35,633 bases of DNA from Candidatus Thorarchaeota archaeon (lineage in GTDB: Archaea; Asgardarchaeota; Thorarchaeia; Thorarchaeales; Thorarchaeaceae), in the NCBI GenBank assembly GCA_016839445.1, contig JAEOUG010000173.1:1-35633 (forward strand), written 5' to 3'. Both the position numbers and the translations under genes were made by a program. Positions 26,189 to 34,892 of the stretch are shown here, one piece after another. The stretch's first letter is position 1, and each line of letters opens with the position of its first letter. The notes under the pieces were generated by a model. The model had not been told where the DNA came from and did no database searches. It saw only the letters and a list, made by a program, of their open reading frames with translations.

Positions 26189-27190
26189 GTGCTTGTTCAG
26201 ACAATCTACACAACTGAGCAGCTTGTAGCTGCGGGAAGCATTCTGCTTCTCCTACTGCTAATCATCGTATGGGTTGTCAGAGGTGCCACTGACGAGGCCA
26301 GCACTGAGTTCTTCGATAGGAAGGACTTGCGGCCGGCGACACCTGCCCCATCGCAGAAGGCAGAGGCCCCTCTGCGTCCAGATGTTGAAGCAGTGAGGGT
26401 CCTGAGAGGGGGAGCTTTCGTAGGCAACAGGATGCGGTTCAAGGCGAAGGTAGTTAACGAGTCTGAATACACCATCACCGATGTCACAGTCCATCTTGTG
26501 TCATATCCGAGAGATGCACTCCTGCTTGATGGTAGAGATGATGATGTGCGCTTTGGGAAGATCGAGCCAGGCGCTTTTCGAAGCCCATCTTTCGAGTTCA
26601 TCCCAACCCAAGACTGTGTCAAGGGAGAGATTGTTGCAGGAGTCACATACGTAGACTACAGGGGCAAGGCCCATAGCCTCACAACAAGGCCGTACACAAT
26701 CAGGGCGGTCTGTGATCTGCTGATTCCTGATGACATAACCCCTGAGGATTTCAGGATTGCACTGCAAGGATTTCATAGCGGAGATGTGGTGGTGTCGGTG
26801 GAGGAGTGGACGCCTCGGAAGATGTTTGAGATGGCGGGGCAGATTCTTACGGAATCCAATTTCAGCACTGTGCGCTCTCATTTCGAGGTGTCTGATGGAT
26901 TTGCAGAGGGCAAGATTGAGGGCTGGGCTAGGGGGAAGTACACGGGGAAGCAACTGGGAGTCGAGCTGATTATAGGAGGCCCACAGAACGAGGGCGGAGC
27001 GTCCTGCACCGTCAAGGTTTCAGGAGAGGATGGCGCAATGGTTGTGCCTGCGCTCGAGGACCTCAGGTCCAGACTGTGTTCTTGGCTCTGTCCCCAATGC
27101 CGGAGCGCGCTGTCCGCTGATCAGGTCACGGTTCTTCGGAGAGGCGGCGTAATTGATTGCTCATACTGCGGGACGTCAATCGGTAGGTAG
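26189..27190 (+). CDS. Membrane-anchored protein: N-terminal TM, Ig-like and platform (adaptin/coatomer appendage-like) domains, C-terminal Zn ribbon
   Basis: TM SILLLLLLIIVWVV; beta-sandwich RFKAKVVN...ITDVTV...KIEPG; linker DLLIPDDITPEDF; CPQC...CSYCG. Confidence 0.75.
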   Translation: MLVQTIYTTEQLVAAGSILLLLLLIIVWVVRGATDEASTEFFDRKDLRPATPAPSQKAEAPLRPDVEAVRVLRGGAFVGNRMRFKAKVVNESEYTITDVTVHLVSYPRDALLLDGRDDDVRFGKIEPGAFRSPSFEFIPTQDCVKGEIVAGVTYVDYRGKAHSLTTRPYTIRAVCDLLIPDDITPEDFRIALQGFHSGDVVVSVEEWTPRKMFEMAGQILTESNFSTVRSHFEVSDGFAEGKIEGWARGKYTGKQLGVELIIGGPQNEGGASCTVKVSGEDGAMVVPALEDLRSRLCSWLCPQCRSALSADQVTVLRRGGVIDCSYCGTSIGR

Positions 27191-27200
27191 ACGATAGGCC

Positions 27201-27671
27201 TCATCGGGATCTGCCCTTCTTGATAACGAAGAAGAGCACCACGCAAGCTACACCGACTGCACCTGAGAAGGTCAGCAATTCAAGCAGGGGACTCGCCCAT
27301 ACCGTTGTCGATGTCGATGCTGTTGAGGTTGTGGTGTCAGTGAGAATCGTGATGGTGGGTGTGCTCGCGTATAGAAGGTGCGTATTGACAAGCACATAGT
27401 CGTCAAAGAGGACAGACACAAGGCTTGGAGCACAGCTGAAGTTCGAGGGTAGGCGGAATCGGCAGACTGTGTCCCCTGATATCTCAGAATTCCTATACGT
27501 CAGGGTGCCATTTGCGGTGGTCACCTCTATTGTCAGATTCTGGGTGTACGTGAGTGTGTGGAGTAGCTCATTGAGGTCTCCAATCTCAAGATCAAGCGTT
27601 CTTGAGGGGAGGTAGTAACTCGCGTTCCGCGTTTCCCAGGGCGCAAACCCTAGGTTCGGCGGCTCTTGCAC
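27201..27671 (-). CDS. Cell-surface-type protein or 5'-truncated remnant with Thr/Ser linker and C-terminal TM anchor (start uncertain)
   Basis: TDTTTSTASTSTT linker, TM LLTFSGAVGVACVVLFFVI, basic tail KKGRSR, several N-x-S/T sequons; no signal peptide or convincing start. Confidence 0.55.
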   Translation of the reverse strand: MQEPPNLGFAPWETRNASYYLPSRTLDLEIGDLNELLHTLTYTQNLTIEVTTANGTLTYRNSEISGDTVCRFRLPSNFSCAPSLVSVLFDDYVLVNTHLLYASTPTITILTDTTTSTASTSTTVWASPLLELLTFSGAVGVACVVLFFVIKKGRSR

Positions 27672-27733
27672 AGAAGGAATTATAACGTGTGCAGATGACC
27701 GAGCGCTCAATCAGGGTAATGGTGAGCAGCCAG

Positions 27734-28324
27734 ATGAGTGAAGCAAGAAACGTTGTGATAGTGACTGGGATTCCCGGTGTAGGAAAGACGACCGTCATCA
27801 ACTCAGCTGTGGAGAAAGTCAAGACAGACCACGGCGAAGATGTACTTGTCCTCAACTTCGGCACAGAGATGTTTGAAGTGGCCTCAAAGGCCGGCCTTGT
27901 CAAGGATAGAGATGAGATGCGAAAGATGCCGACTGCAAAGCAGCGGGAGAACCAGAAAAAGGCGGGCGAGGCGATTGCTAGGAAGGCGGAGAAGGCCAGG
28001 GTGATCGTAGACACACACACTCTCATACAGACCAACAACGGATACCTTATCGGTCTACCCGAGTGGGTTGTTCGGGCCATCTCACCAAAGACTGTAGTGC
28101 TCGTAGAAGCAGATTCCGAGAAGATTGCAGGCCGACGCTCTAACGATCCATCACGAGCGCGAGATGCTCAGACCGCCCAAGACATCCAAGTTCATCAAGA
28201 AATGTGCAGAGCAGCGGCTGTCGCGGTTGGTACACTGACTGGAGCAACAGTGAGAATCATTAAAAATCGCGAGGGCAAAGTTGAAGAAGCCGCATCTGAA
28301 TTGGCACAGACGCTGATGGAGTAG
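27734..28324 (+). CDS. adk: Adenylate kinase (archaeal type)
   Basis: VTGIPGVGKTT, NFGTEM, RDEMRK, VDTH, YLIGLP; ATG 27734; AATTATAA at ~27678. Confidence 0.95.
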   Translation: MSEARNVVIVTGIPGVGKTTVINSAVEKVKTDHGEDVLVLNFGTEMFEVASKAGLVKDRDEMRKMPTAKQRENQKKAGEAIARKAEKARVIVDTHTLIQTNNGYLIGLPEWVVRAISPKTVVLVEADSEKIAGRRSNDPSRARDAQTAQDIQVHQEMCRAAAVAVGTLTGATVRIIKNREGKVEEAASELAQTLME

Positions 28325-28331
28325 CTCAAGA

Positions 28332-28895
28332 ATGCAGGATCTCCTCGTAGACTTCATGAACTGGTTCATTGTGACTTTCCAGGTCGTAAGGTATCGGCCG
28401 TACGCGCCATTATTCGTGATGCTAGTCTCTGTGTCAGTGTCCACTATGAGTAATCTTGCCATGAGGAGATTCGCTGACATGAGGCGCCTGAATAGGTACC
28501 AGCTTGAGATCAAGCAGTTCCGGGAGATGGAGAAGGAGGCCCAGAGGACTCAGAATGAAAAGCTCCTGCGTAAGGTGAAGAGGAGAAAGGCATACATCGA
28601 CAACATCCAGAGAGGGATGCTTGGAGCAAGGTGTAAACCTTCGCTGATATTCATCATTCCATTCATGTTCATTTTCTCGATGCTCAGGGGATTCTACAAC
28701 GAGGGAGGAACAGACCTGATTGTGGCAGTGTTACCCTTTGATGCTCACGAGCTTCTTCCTTTTGTCAATGGAATGCTTGGCACACCAGTCGACGGTGGCT
28801 TCGGAATGACATTTTGGGGCTTCTACTTCTTGGTCGGACTAGGTCTCTCAAGCATACTGCAACGAATTATGGGAACTCAGGTCATGACTGCCTAG
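28332..28895 (+). CDS. DUF106 / EMC3-TMCO1 (Oxa1 superfamily) membrane insertase
   Basis: TM, coiled coil, KP motif, TM, then FWGFYFL; conserved position after adk. Confidence 0.88.
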   Translation: MQDLLVDFMNWFIVTFQVVRYRPYAPLFVMLVSVSVSTMSNLAMRRFADMRRLNRYQLEIKQFREMEKEAQRTQNEKLLRKVKRRKAYIDNIQRGMLGARCKPSLIFIIPFMFIFSMLRGFYNEGGTDLIVAVLPFDAHELLPFVNGMLGTPVDGGFGMTFWGFYFLVGLGLSSILQRIMGTQVMTA

Positions 28896-28959
28896 GGCCC
28901 ACCGGTTCCCTTAAAAGCCAAGAACAAAGGGGAGCCACGTATAGAGAAGGTGCTAAGCT

Positions 28960-29226
28960 ATGCCACGACCCGGCCAACTCACTAGAGGAAGAGCGAATAG
29001 AGCAGTTAAGACACCCGGAGGCAGGATTGTAGTCCACCGGCGCAAGGTCTACAAGACAGGGGGAGTGTGTGCAGCGACTGGAGTGAAGATGCAGCTACCC
29101 AGGAAGTCGAAGCAGGTCCTGAGCAGGAAGTCTAGTCGCTCGTCCAAGCGGCCGAATCGCCCCTATGGTGGCGTCCTTTCACCCAGGGCACTCCGTCGCG
29201 GCGTCATTAGTCAGACACGAGAATAG
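28960..29226 (+). CDS. rpl34e: 50S ribosomal protein eL34
   Basis: MPRP, VKTPGGRIVVH, KRPNRPYGGVL. Confidence 0.95.
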   Translation: MPRPGQLTRGRANRAVKTPGGRIVVHRRKVYKTGGVCAATGVKMQLPRKSKQVLSRKSSRSSKRPNRPYGGVLSPRALRRGVISQTRE

Positions 29227-29230
29227 GGCA

Positions 29231-29788
29231 ATGAAGCGAGTCATCACCATTGGTGGTCTCCATGGTACGGGCAAGAGCTCTGTGGCCGACGAGATTGCCC
29301 AGCGCTTCAACTTACGTCGTATGTCTGCGGGCATCGTTTTTCGACAGCTGGCCAAGGAGAGAGGACTCAGCATCGAGGAATTCAGTCTAGCAGCAGAAGA
29401 GGACGAGGAGATTGACAGACTAATCGACGAACGCCTCAGGCTAGAAGCTGAGAGGGGCAATGTTGTCATGGACGGACAACTTGCAGCATGGATGGCGGGA
29501 GAGAATGCAGACCTGAACATCCTTCTGACAGCGACTGACGAAACCAGAGTGAAGAGAATAGCGGACCGAGATAACAGGGACTTCGAGGCGTCACTGAGAG
29601 AGACACGTACCAGGGAAGCCAGCGAGAAGGAGAGGTACTTCGAGTTCTATGGCGTGGACATCTCTGATATCTCGATATATGATCTGATTATTGACACTGA
29701 AAACTACAGCCTCAAAGAAGTCGTGGAGATTGCCGCAGTGGCTGTCGAGGGCGTTCTCACAGAATCGGAAGAGACCGACAAAGCGTAA
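29231..29788 (+). CDS. cmk: Cytidylate kinase (archaeal type)
   Basis: ITIGGLHGTGKSS, SAGIVFRQLA, DGQLAAW, RYFEFYGVDISD.SIYDLIIDT; ATG 29231. Confidence 0.94.
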   Translation: MKRVITIGGLHGTGKSSVADEIAQRFNLRRMSAGIVFRQLAKERGLSIEEFSLAAEEDEEIDRLIDERLRLEAERGNVVMDGQLAAWMAGENADLNILLTATDETRVKRIADRDNRDFEASLRETRTREASEKERYFEFYGVDISDISIYDLIIDTENYSLKEVVEIAAVAVEGVLTESEETDKA

Positions 29789-29821
29789 GCCTCTTATTGA
29801 AACCGGGCGAGCAAAGACCGT

Positions 29822-29886
29822 CTCATAGTCCACAAGGATGATGCGTCGAGGCGACTTGATTGCATGACTACGGACTGTGTGAGGTG
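29822..29886 (+). promoter_or_regulatory. 5'-UTR hairpin with kink-turn-like motif abutting the eL14 SD
   Basis: CATAGTCC 29824-29831 pairs with GGACTGTG 29872-29879; internal ATGATG/TTGA; SD GAGGTG 29881-29886; CTTATT at 29793. Confidence 0.45.
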
Positions 29887-29893
29887 TAGCAGA

Positions 29894-30175
29894 ATGGCAT
29901 TGTACGAAATAGGCAGAGTATGTGTGAAGACAATGGGTCGCGAGGCCGGGTCTTATTGTGTCATAGTTGAGAGCACGGATGATGGTTTTGTCGTCGTCAC
30001 AGGACCAAAACACATCAGCGGAGTCAGAAGACGCCCATGCAATCCGCGACATCTAGAACCTCTGGACAAGATGATTCCCATAAAGGCAGGCGACAAAGAC
30101 GAGGATGTTGAGAAAGCCATCCAGGAAGCCGGCCTAGATGATCTTTTCAGGGAGAAGGTCAGAGTAGTCCTCTAG
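29894..30175 (+). CDS. rpl14e: 50S ribosomal protein eL14
   Basis: EIGRVCVKTMGREAG, VVTGPK..SGVRRR.CN..HLEP; ATG 29894. Confidence 0.96.
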   Translation: MALYEIGRVCVKTMGREAGSYCVIVESTDDGFVVVTGPKHISGVRRRPCNPRHLEPLDKMIPIKAGDKDEDVEKAIQEAGLDDLFREKVRVVL

Positions 30176-30202
30176 TACGGTCATTCACAGGAGGGTCTGC
30201 GC

Positions 30203-31207
30203 ATGAAGAACATGCTTCCAGCAGATACCCCTCGAGACACTATCATCAGAGTAGCAGACAGCACAAGTGACGAGTACGGATTCTCTTCGCTGGATAACCT
30301 CCCAATAGAGTACCTCTTGCACAACGGAGTGATTGCTCTCGACAAGCCTGCAGGGCCCACAAGTCACGAAGTCGCCACGTGGGTTAGAAGGATCCTTGAA
30401 GCGGACCGTGTTGGACACGGTGGCACGCTCGATCCCGGTGTTACAGGCATACTCCCAACAGGTGTCGGGTCAGCCACAAAGGCGATGCAAGCGCTCCTAT
30501 CAGCAGGCAAGGAGTATGTGTGTGTTCTTGAACTACACCATGCGGTTCACCAAGATGATGTTGCTGAAACCCTCAACGAGTTCACTGGGAAAATCTACCA
30601 GAAGCCCCCGCTCAGGTCATCTGTGAAGAGAGTCCTGCGTGTAAGAGAAGTGTACTACAATGACATCCTGGAGATAAAAGGAAGGCTTGTCTTGTTCAGA
30701 GTGGGATGCCAGGCGGGAACATACATCAGGAAGTTGTGTTTCGATGTTGGGGAGGCCTTGGGAGTCGGAGGGCACATGCGGGAGCTACGTAGGACCCGCG
30801 TCGGAGGATTCAGGGAGGATCAGCATCTCTGTACACTCACAGACCTGAGAGACGCCTTCGCGTTCTGGAAAGAAGATGGTATAGAAACAGAGATTCGGAA
30901 GTACTTGAGGCCAGTGGAAACGGCGCTTGAACATCTCCCAAGCATTGTCATAAGGGACTCTGCAGTAGATGCGCTCTGCCACGGGGCAGACCTGGCTGCC
31001 AGTGGCGTGGTGTCTATTCAGACTGGAGTGAAAGAAGGGGACATGGTCTCAATACTCACTCAGAAGGGCGAGGCTGTGGCCCTGGCCAAGAGTCTGGCAA
31101 GCAGCGAACGTATCGCTGCAATGAACAGCGGGATAGTTGCTGAATCGCAGCGCGTGCTTATGGAGAGAGGGAGATATCCGCAAATGTGGAAGAAGCACAC
31201 CGACTGA
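30203..31207 (+). CDS. cbf5: Cbf5/TruB H/ACA RNA-guided pseudouridine synthase
   Basis: LDKPAGPTSHEV, GHGGTLDP, YQKPP, GTYIRKLC, ELRRTR, PUA domain SAVDALCHGA. Confidence 0.97.
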   Translation: MKNMLPADTPRDTIIRVADSTSDEYGFSSLDNLPIEYLLHNGVIALDKPAGPTSHEVATWVRRILEADRVGHGGTLDPGVTGILPTGVGSATKAMQALLSAGKEYVCVLELHHAVHQDDVAETLNEFTGKIYQKPPLRSSVKRVLRVREVYYNDILEIKGRLVLFRVGCQAGTYIRKLCFDVGEALGVGGHMRELRRTRVGGFREDQHLCTLTDLRDAFAFWKEDGIETEIRKYLRPVETALEHLPSIVIRDSAVDALCHGADLAASGVVSIQTGVKEGDMVSILTQKGEAVALAKSLASSERIAAMNSGIVAESQRVLMERGRYPQMWKKHTD

Positions 31208-31250
31208 TTGTCCCACTCAGCCAAGCTTTTTAGTGTTTGATTCTGAGTGT

Positions 31251-31610
31251 GAGTGGCTCTGGAGCAGAAGCGCAACCGACGGTACCTCCCATTCGTGGGC
31301 GGAGCTGAGGAAACTCCCGACTCTCCGTCGACGCCAGTCCTGTGTGAGCAGGGAGGCGAGAGTCTCGCTCTGGGAACAGAAACGCCACCCCCTGTCCAAG
31401 TCTGACGATGATGCGGACACGAATCCGTTGAGGATTGGACAGGTCCGGTTGAAACGGCCCATCACTGGTAGAGCAATTCCAAGAATACGCCGCCGACGTG
31501 TCGACCTGAGGCGTAGGGTAGGAAGCATAGATTGATGTTGCAGGGTTGCTCCCCGGCAACGAGGAGTGACGGAACAAAATCGGGGCTACTCTCTGGACCA
31601 GAGCCACACT
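31251..31610 (+). ncRNA. rnpB: RNase P RNA
   Basis: P1 GTGGCTCTGG 31253-31262 with CCAGAGCCAC 31598-31607; conserved GAGGAAACTCC, ACAGAAAC, TGAAACGG, GAGCAA and AACAAAATCGGGGCTAC segments; T-rich TATA-like site at ~31226. Confidence 0.92.
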
Positions 31611-32144
31611 CTATTCATCCCTTGTCTGAGCGTCCATGACCTCTTGCTGGACTCTTACAACTTCCCCGCTATCCCTGCATTGTGAGTAGGCGTCAAGAAT
31701 CTCGCCGTTCAGAGTGAGGAAAGAAGGTCCCCACTTGAAGAGGGCCATCAACTGGCGGGATGCATCCTGGAAGCCGGCAATGTAGAGGGCAGCTGCTACG
31801 GCTTCTGCAGTGGACAACTTGAGGGGTTTGTACGTGTTAATCGGGTTCGCCGCAAGAAGATAGGGCAAAGCTCTTTGATCTCCAAACCGAGATGACTCAA
31901 ATATCGTCTCAGCTTGCTTCCAAGAGCAGTCAAGTGCAACGAGCCCTGACCTTATGATCGTCGCGCGGTCCTGTCTGGAGAAGGCCACCTGTGACACGGG
32001 GTTCAGAACAACCGACCCGCGGGGGATCCGCTGAAGGCTTCTGAGAATGCGCGCCTTCTTCATTCTGACCATTCGCAAGCCAGTACATTTCCTCGGATCG
32101 CACTGGTCTGCATGATAGATGATGATTTCAGGACTCTCTGACAT
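31611..32144 (-). CDS. tsr3: 16S rRNA aminocarboxypropyltransferase Tsr3
   Basis: QCDPRKCTG, LDCSW, RALPYLLAANPIN, LSTAEAVAAAL, FKWGPSFL.LN; ATG 32144. Confidence 0.95.
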   Translation of the reverse strand: MSESPEIIIYHADQCDPRKCTGLRMVRMKKARILRSLQRIPRGSVVLNPVSQVAFSRQDRATIIRSGLVALDCSWKQAETIFESSRFGDQRALPYLLAANPINTYKPLKLSTAEAVAAALYIAGFQDASRQLMALFKWGPSFLTLNGEILDAYSQCRDSGEVVRVQQEVMDAQTRDE

Positions 32145-32225
32145 TTCGATGGGTCGCCACTGTTTTCGGAATCGAGGGAAAGTGATTTCTGTGTTACCAT
32201 AGGCCATAGAACAAGAGGCATCTCA

Positions 32226-32495
32226 ATGGATATCCCGACTCAGAGCACATGCGAGCTATGCGAGTCAGAGTCCTCACTCACGGAATGCAGGCTGTGTGGC
32301 TCTCTTGTATGTTCAGATTGCCTGAGCACAGAGAGCAGGACCTGCTTGGCATGTGAAGAAGCGGTGTGTGAGATATGCGGCGAGTACCTCTCGTCAAGGG
32401 CCTGCAATCTCTGTGGAAGACTGGTCTGTGAGGATCACGGATCACGGATGAATGAGGTGACTGTTTGCGACATTTGTGGAGAGAGTAGAGAGTGA
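32226..32495 (+). CDS. Small tandem Zn-finger protein (8 CxxC/H pairs)
   Basis: CELC, CRLC, CSDC, CLAC, CEIC, CNLC, CEDH, CDIC; stop overlaps the tiaS GTG start. Confidence 0.85.
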   Translation: MDIPTQSTCELCESESSLTECRLCGSLVCSDCLSTESRTCLACEEAVCEICGEYLSSRACNLCGRLVCEDHGSRMNEVTVCDICGESRE

Positions 32496-33841
32496 CTACC
32501 ACAGAAGTGCACATCGGTCTGGATGACATTGATAGTCCTTCAGGAGGGTGCACCACCCACTTCTCCGCTCTCGTTGTGGAGCAACTCAGGGAACTCCAAG
32601 TCCAGTGGTTAGACTATCCTAACCTCATTAGACTAAACCCGGCAGTACCATTTCGAACCAGAGGAAACGGGGCAGTGGCCCTGAGATTCGAAGTCGAAAG
32701 GAACCGGATAGAGGAACTGACTTCTCTGGTTCAGGGCATGATAATGCGATATGTGACTAGGGAATATCCTAACACAAATCCAGGGTTCGCGCTGGTCGAA
32801 GGAGCAATCCCTCCGGAGATCAGAGGGATATCCAAGCGGGCACTGTGGAGAGTGCTACCTCGGACTCTGGCGCAGAGAGTGGCACGTGACACTGTCCGGT
32901 TCCACTATAGTGAGGGTAATGCCAGAGGCCTAGTGGGGGCGCTGGCAGCTATAGGAAATGTACTGGGTGATGACTACACCTACGAGTACATCGCCTACCG
33001 ACGGCCTGAGGAGTGCGGCGACGAAAGAGGAGTGGACCATGAATCGGTCCGGCAATTAGATCAACAGATGCAGAGTGAGCTCTTCAGCAACCTTGACAGT
33101 CAGTCAGGCCGAGTAATCGTGGACCCCCACGGGCCCGACCCCGTGTTGTTCGGCATAAGGGGTGAAACCCCTGAAGCGGTGATCACGGCAGGCGCGATGG
33201 TAAGGGCCAGACAGGGCACCGAGCGATGGATGGTGTTCAGGACAAACCAGGCTACTGGGGCACACCTCGAACATGTCGTTGAAATCAGACACCTCAGACC
33301 CTACATGACTGCCATGGTTGATGTGTCAGTGACTGCCCGGCCGCGAATCATTGAGGGAGGGCACGTAATAGTGCGAGTGGGAGATGCGACAGGCGAGATT
33401 GACGTCGCAACTTACGAACCTACGGGTGACTTCAGGGATGTCGCACTCAGACTACGGGCTGGCGACAGATGTAGACTGCACGGGAGTGTCCGACCTGCAT
33501 CAAGAACACATGAGAGAACTCTGAACCTCGAAGGTATTGAGATCCTTCATACTGCCCGTGAGTACAGACTACAGAATCCTCTATGTCCTAGGTGCGGCAA
33601 GCGGCTGAAGAGCGCTGGAAGAGGAAAGGGTTTCAGGTGCACTAGATGTGACTTCAAGAGCAGCGAGATTCAGAAGATCCGAACCGAAACTGATAGGGAT
33701 CTCAACACTGGGTTTTATCTGCCTCCAGAGAGGGCTCAGCGCCACCTCACGAGACCAATGAAACGGTTGAAGAAGTCAAACAAAGGGATTCCTGTGCAAC
33801 TAGTCGACGTATGGTGCGGCCATAGGAATGTGACGAGCTAG
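32492..33841 (+). CDS. tiaS: tRNA(Ile2) 2-agmatinylcytidine synthetase
   Basis: [55 protein letters not shown] fold, [18 protein letters not shown]. Confidence 0.96.
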   Translation: MTTTEVHIGLDDIDSPSGGCTTHFSALVVEQLRELQVQWLDYPNLIRLNPAVPFRTRGNGAVALRFEVERNRIEELTSLVQGMIMRYVTREYPNTNPGFALVEGAIPPEIRGISKRALWRVLPRTLAQRVARDTVRFHYSEGNARGLVGALAAIGNVLGDDYTYEYIAYRRPEECGDERGVDHESVRQLDQQMQSELFSNLDSQSGRVIVDPHGPDPVLFGIRGETPEAVITAGAMVRARQGTERWMVFRTNQATGAHLEHVVEIRHLRPYMTAMVDVSVTARPRIIEGGHVIVRVGDATGEIDVATYEPTGDFRDVALRLRAGDRCRLHGSVRPASRTHERTLNLEGIEILHTAREYRLQNPLCPRCGKRLKSAGRGKGFRCTRCDFKSSEIQKIRTETDRDLNTGFYLPPERAQRHLTRPMKRLKKSNKGIPVQLVDVWCGHRNVTS

Positions 33842-34236
33842 ACACGTCTTCCTCTACGACCACCGGGCTTCCGAGTGCCATCATGAGGTATTGGTGTGAC
33901 CTCATCGATGATGCCAATCCGAAGTCCAGCCCTACTCAATGCACGGATTGCCGCCTGAGCGCCCGGCCCAGGAGTCTTAGGGCCATGTCCTCCAGGTGCA
34001 CGGACCCGGATGTGAATACCATAGATTCCCTTGTCCCTAGCTTCTCGCGCGGCTTGGAAGGCGGCCTGCATGGCTGCATGAGGAGAAGACTCGTTTCTAT
34101 CTGCCTTGACCATCATTCCACCAGAATACCTGGCAATAGTTTCGGCTCCAGTAATGTCTGTAACGTGCACAATCGTGTCGTTGTAGGACGCGAAAATGTG
34201 GGCAATCCCCCACCGTCTCTCTTCCGGACTACTCAT
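33838..34236 (-). CDS. rps11: 30S ribosomal protein uS11
   Basis: [48 protein letters not shown]; start 34236 or 34242. Confidence 0.97.
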   Translation of the reverse strand: MSSPEERRWGIAHIFASYNDTIVHVTDITGAETIARYSGGMMVKADRNESSPHAAMQAAFQAAREARDKGIYGIHIRVRAPGGHGPKTPGPGAQAAIRALSRAGLRIGIIDEVTPIPHDGTRKPGGRRGRRV

Positions 34237-34876
34237 CGCCATCGCCCTCCTCGTCATCCAAGTCCCGGTTAGTCACAGGTTCTTGAGAGTCATCTCCTCG
34301 ACGTAGTCGAGGCTCTTCGTCCATCTCCTCTATTGGCTCAGGTATGCGGCTAGCGGCGTCTGCAGCAGCGATTCGTGCCGGGTGTGAGCTGTCATTCAAT
34401 GGAGACTTCGGTGAGTACAGAATCCGATCCTCTTCGCCTACTGTAATCAGTCGTGCGGGAGTAGTCACCCTTGAACCGTCAAGAGATACATGTCCGTGAG
34501 TCACAAGCTGTCGAGCATGATGCAGCGATGCTGCGAGACCCTTCCGGAACACAATAGTCTGAAGCCTGCGCTCTAACAGGTTCTCAAGCGTGAGATCGAG
34601 AACATGGTCAAGAGTGGGCTCTGTGGTAAGGACTCCATATCGGACAAGTTTGTCAACCAGATCCTTCTCCATCTGTGCTCTCTCTGTGACAGACAGCGCT
34701 AGGAGGTTCCTTGCAGTCCTTCTGTAGTTGGATAGCTCAGTTCGGTGCTTCCAGAGCTCTCTCTTGTTCCTGAGTCCATAGCTACCTACAAGTTGGAGTT
34801 CTTGCTCGAATCTGTCGGTGTCGAACGGTCGCTTCGGCGACACGTACTTCTTCTTCTGTCTGCGTGGATCTCCCAT
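34229..34876 (-). CDS. rps4: 30S ribosomal protein uS4 with acidic C-terminal extension
   Basis: [38 protein letters not shown]. Confidence 0.97.
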   Translation of the reverse strand: MGDPRRQKKKYVSPKRPFDTDRFEQELQLVGSYGLRNKRELWKHRTELSNYRRTARNLLALSVTERAQMEKDLVDKLVRYGVLTTEPTLDHVLDLTLENLLERRLQTIVFRKGLAASLHHARQLVTHGHVSLDGSRVTTPARLITVGEEDRILYSPKSPLNDSSHPARIAAADAASRIPEPIEEMDEEPRLRRGDDSQEPVTNRDLDDEEGDGDE

Positions 34877-34892
34877 ATTGCATTACCTCAGA

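Noticed and set aside
25595-27733. Mobile element call for the secY-adk insertion
   Set aside because: No transposase, integrase, terminal inverted repeats or target-site duplication was seen.
31137-31607. ORFs of 103-132 aa on both strands
   Set aside because: They overlie the RNase P RNA gene and show no protein motifs.
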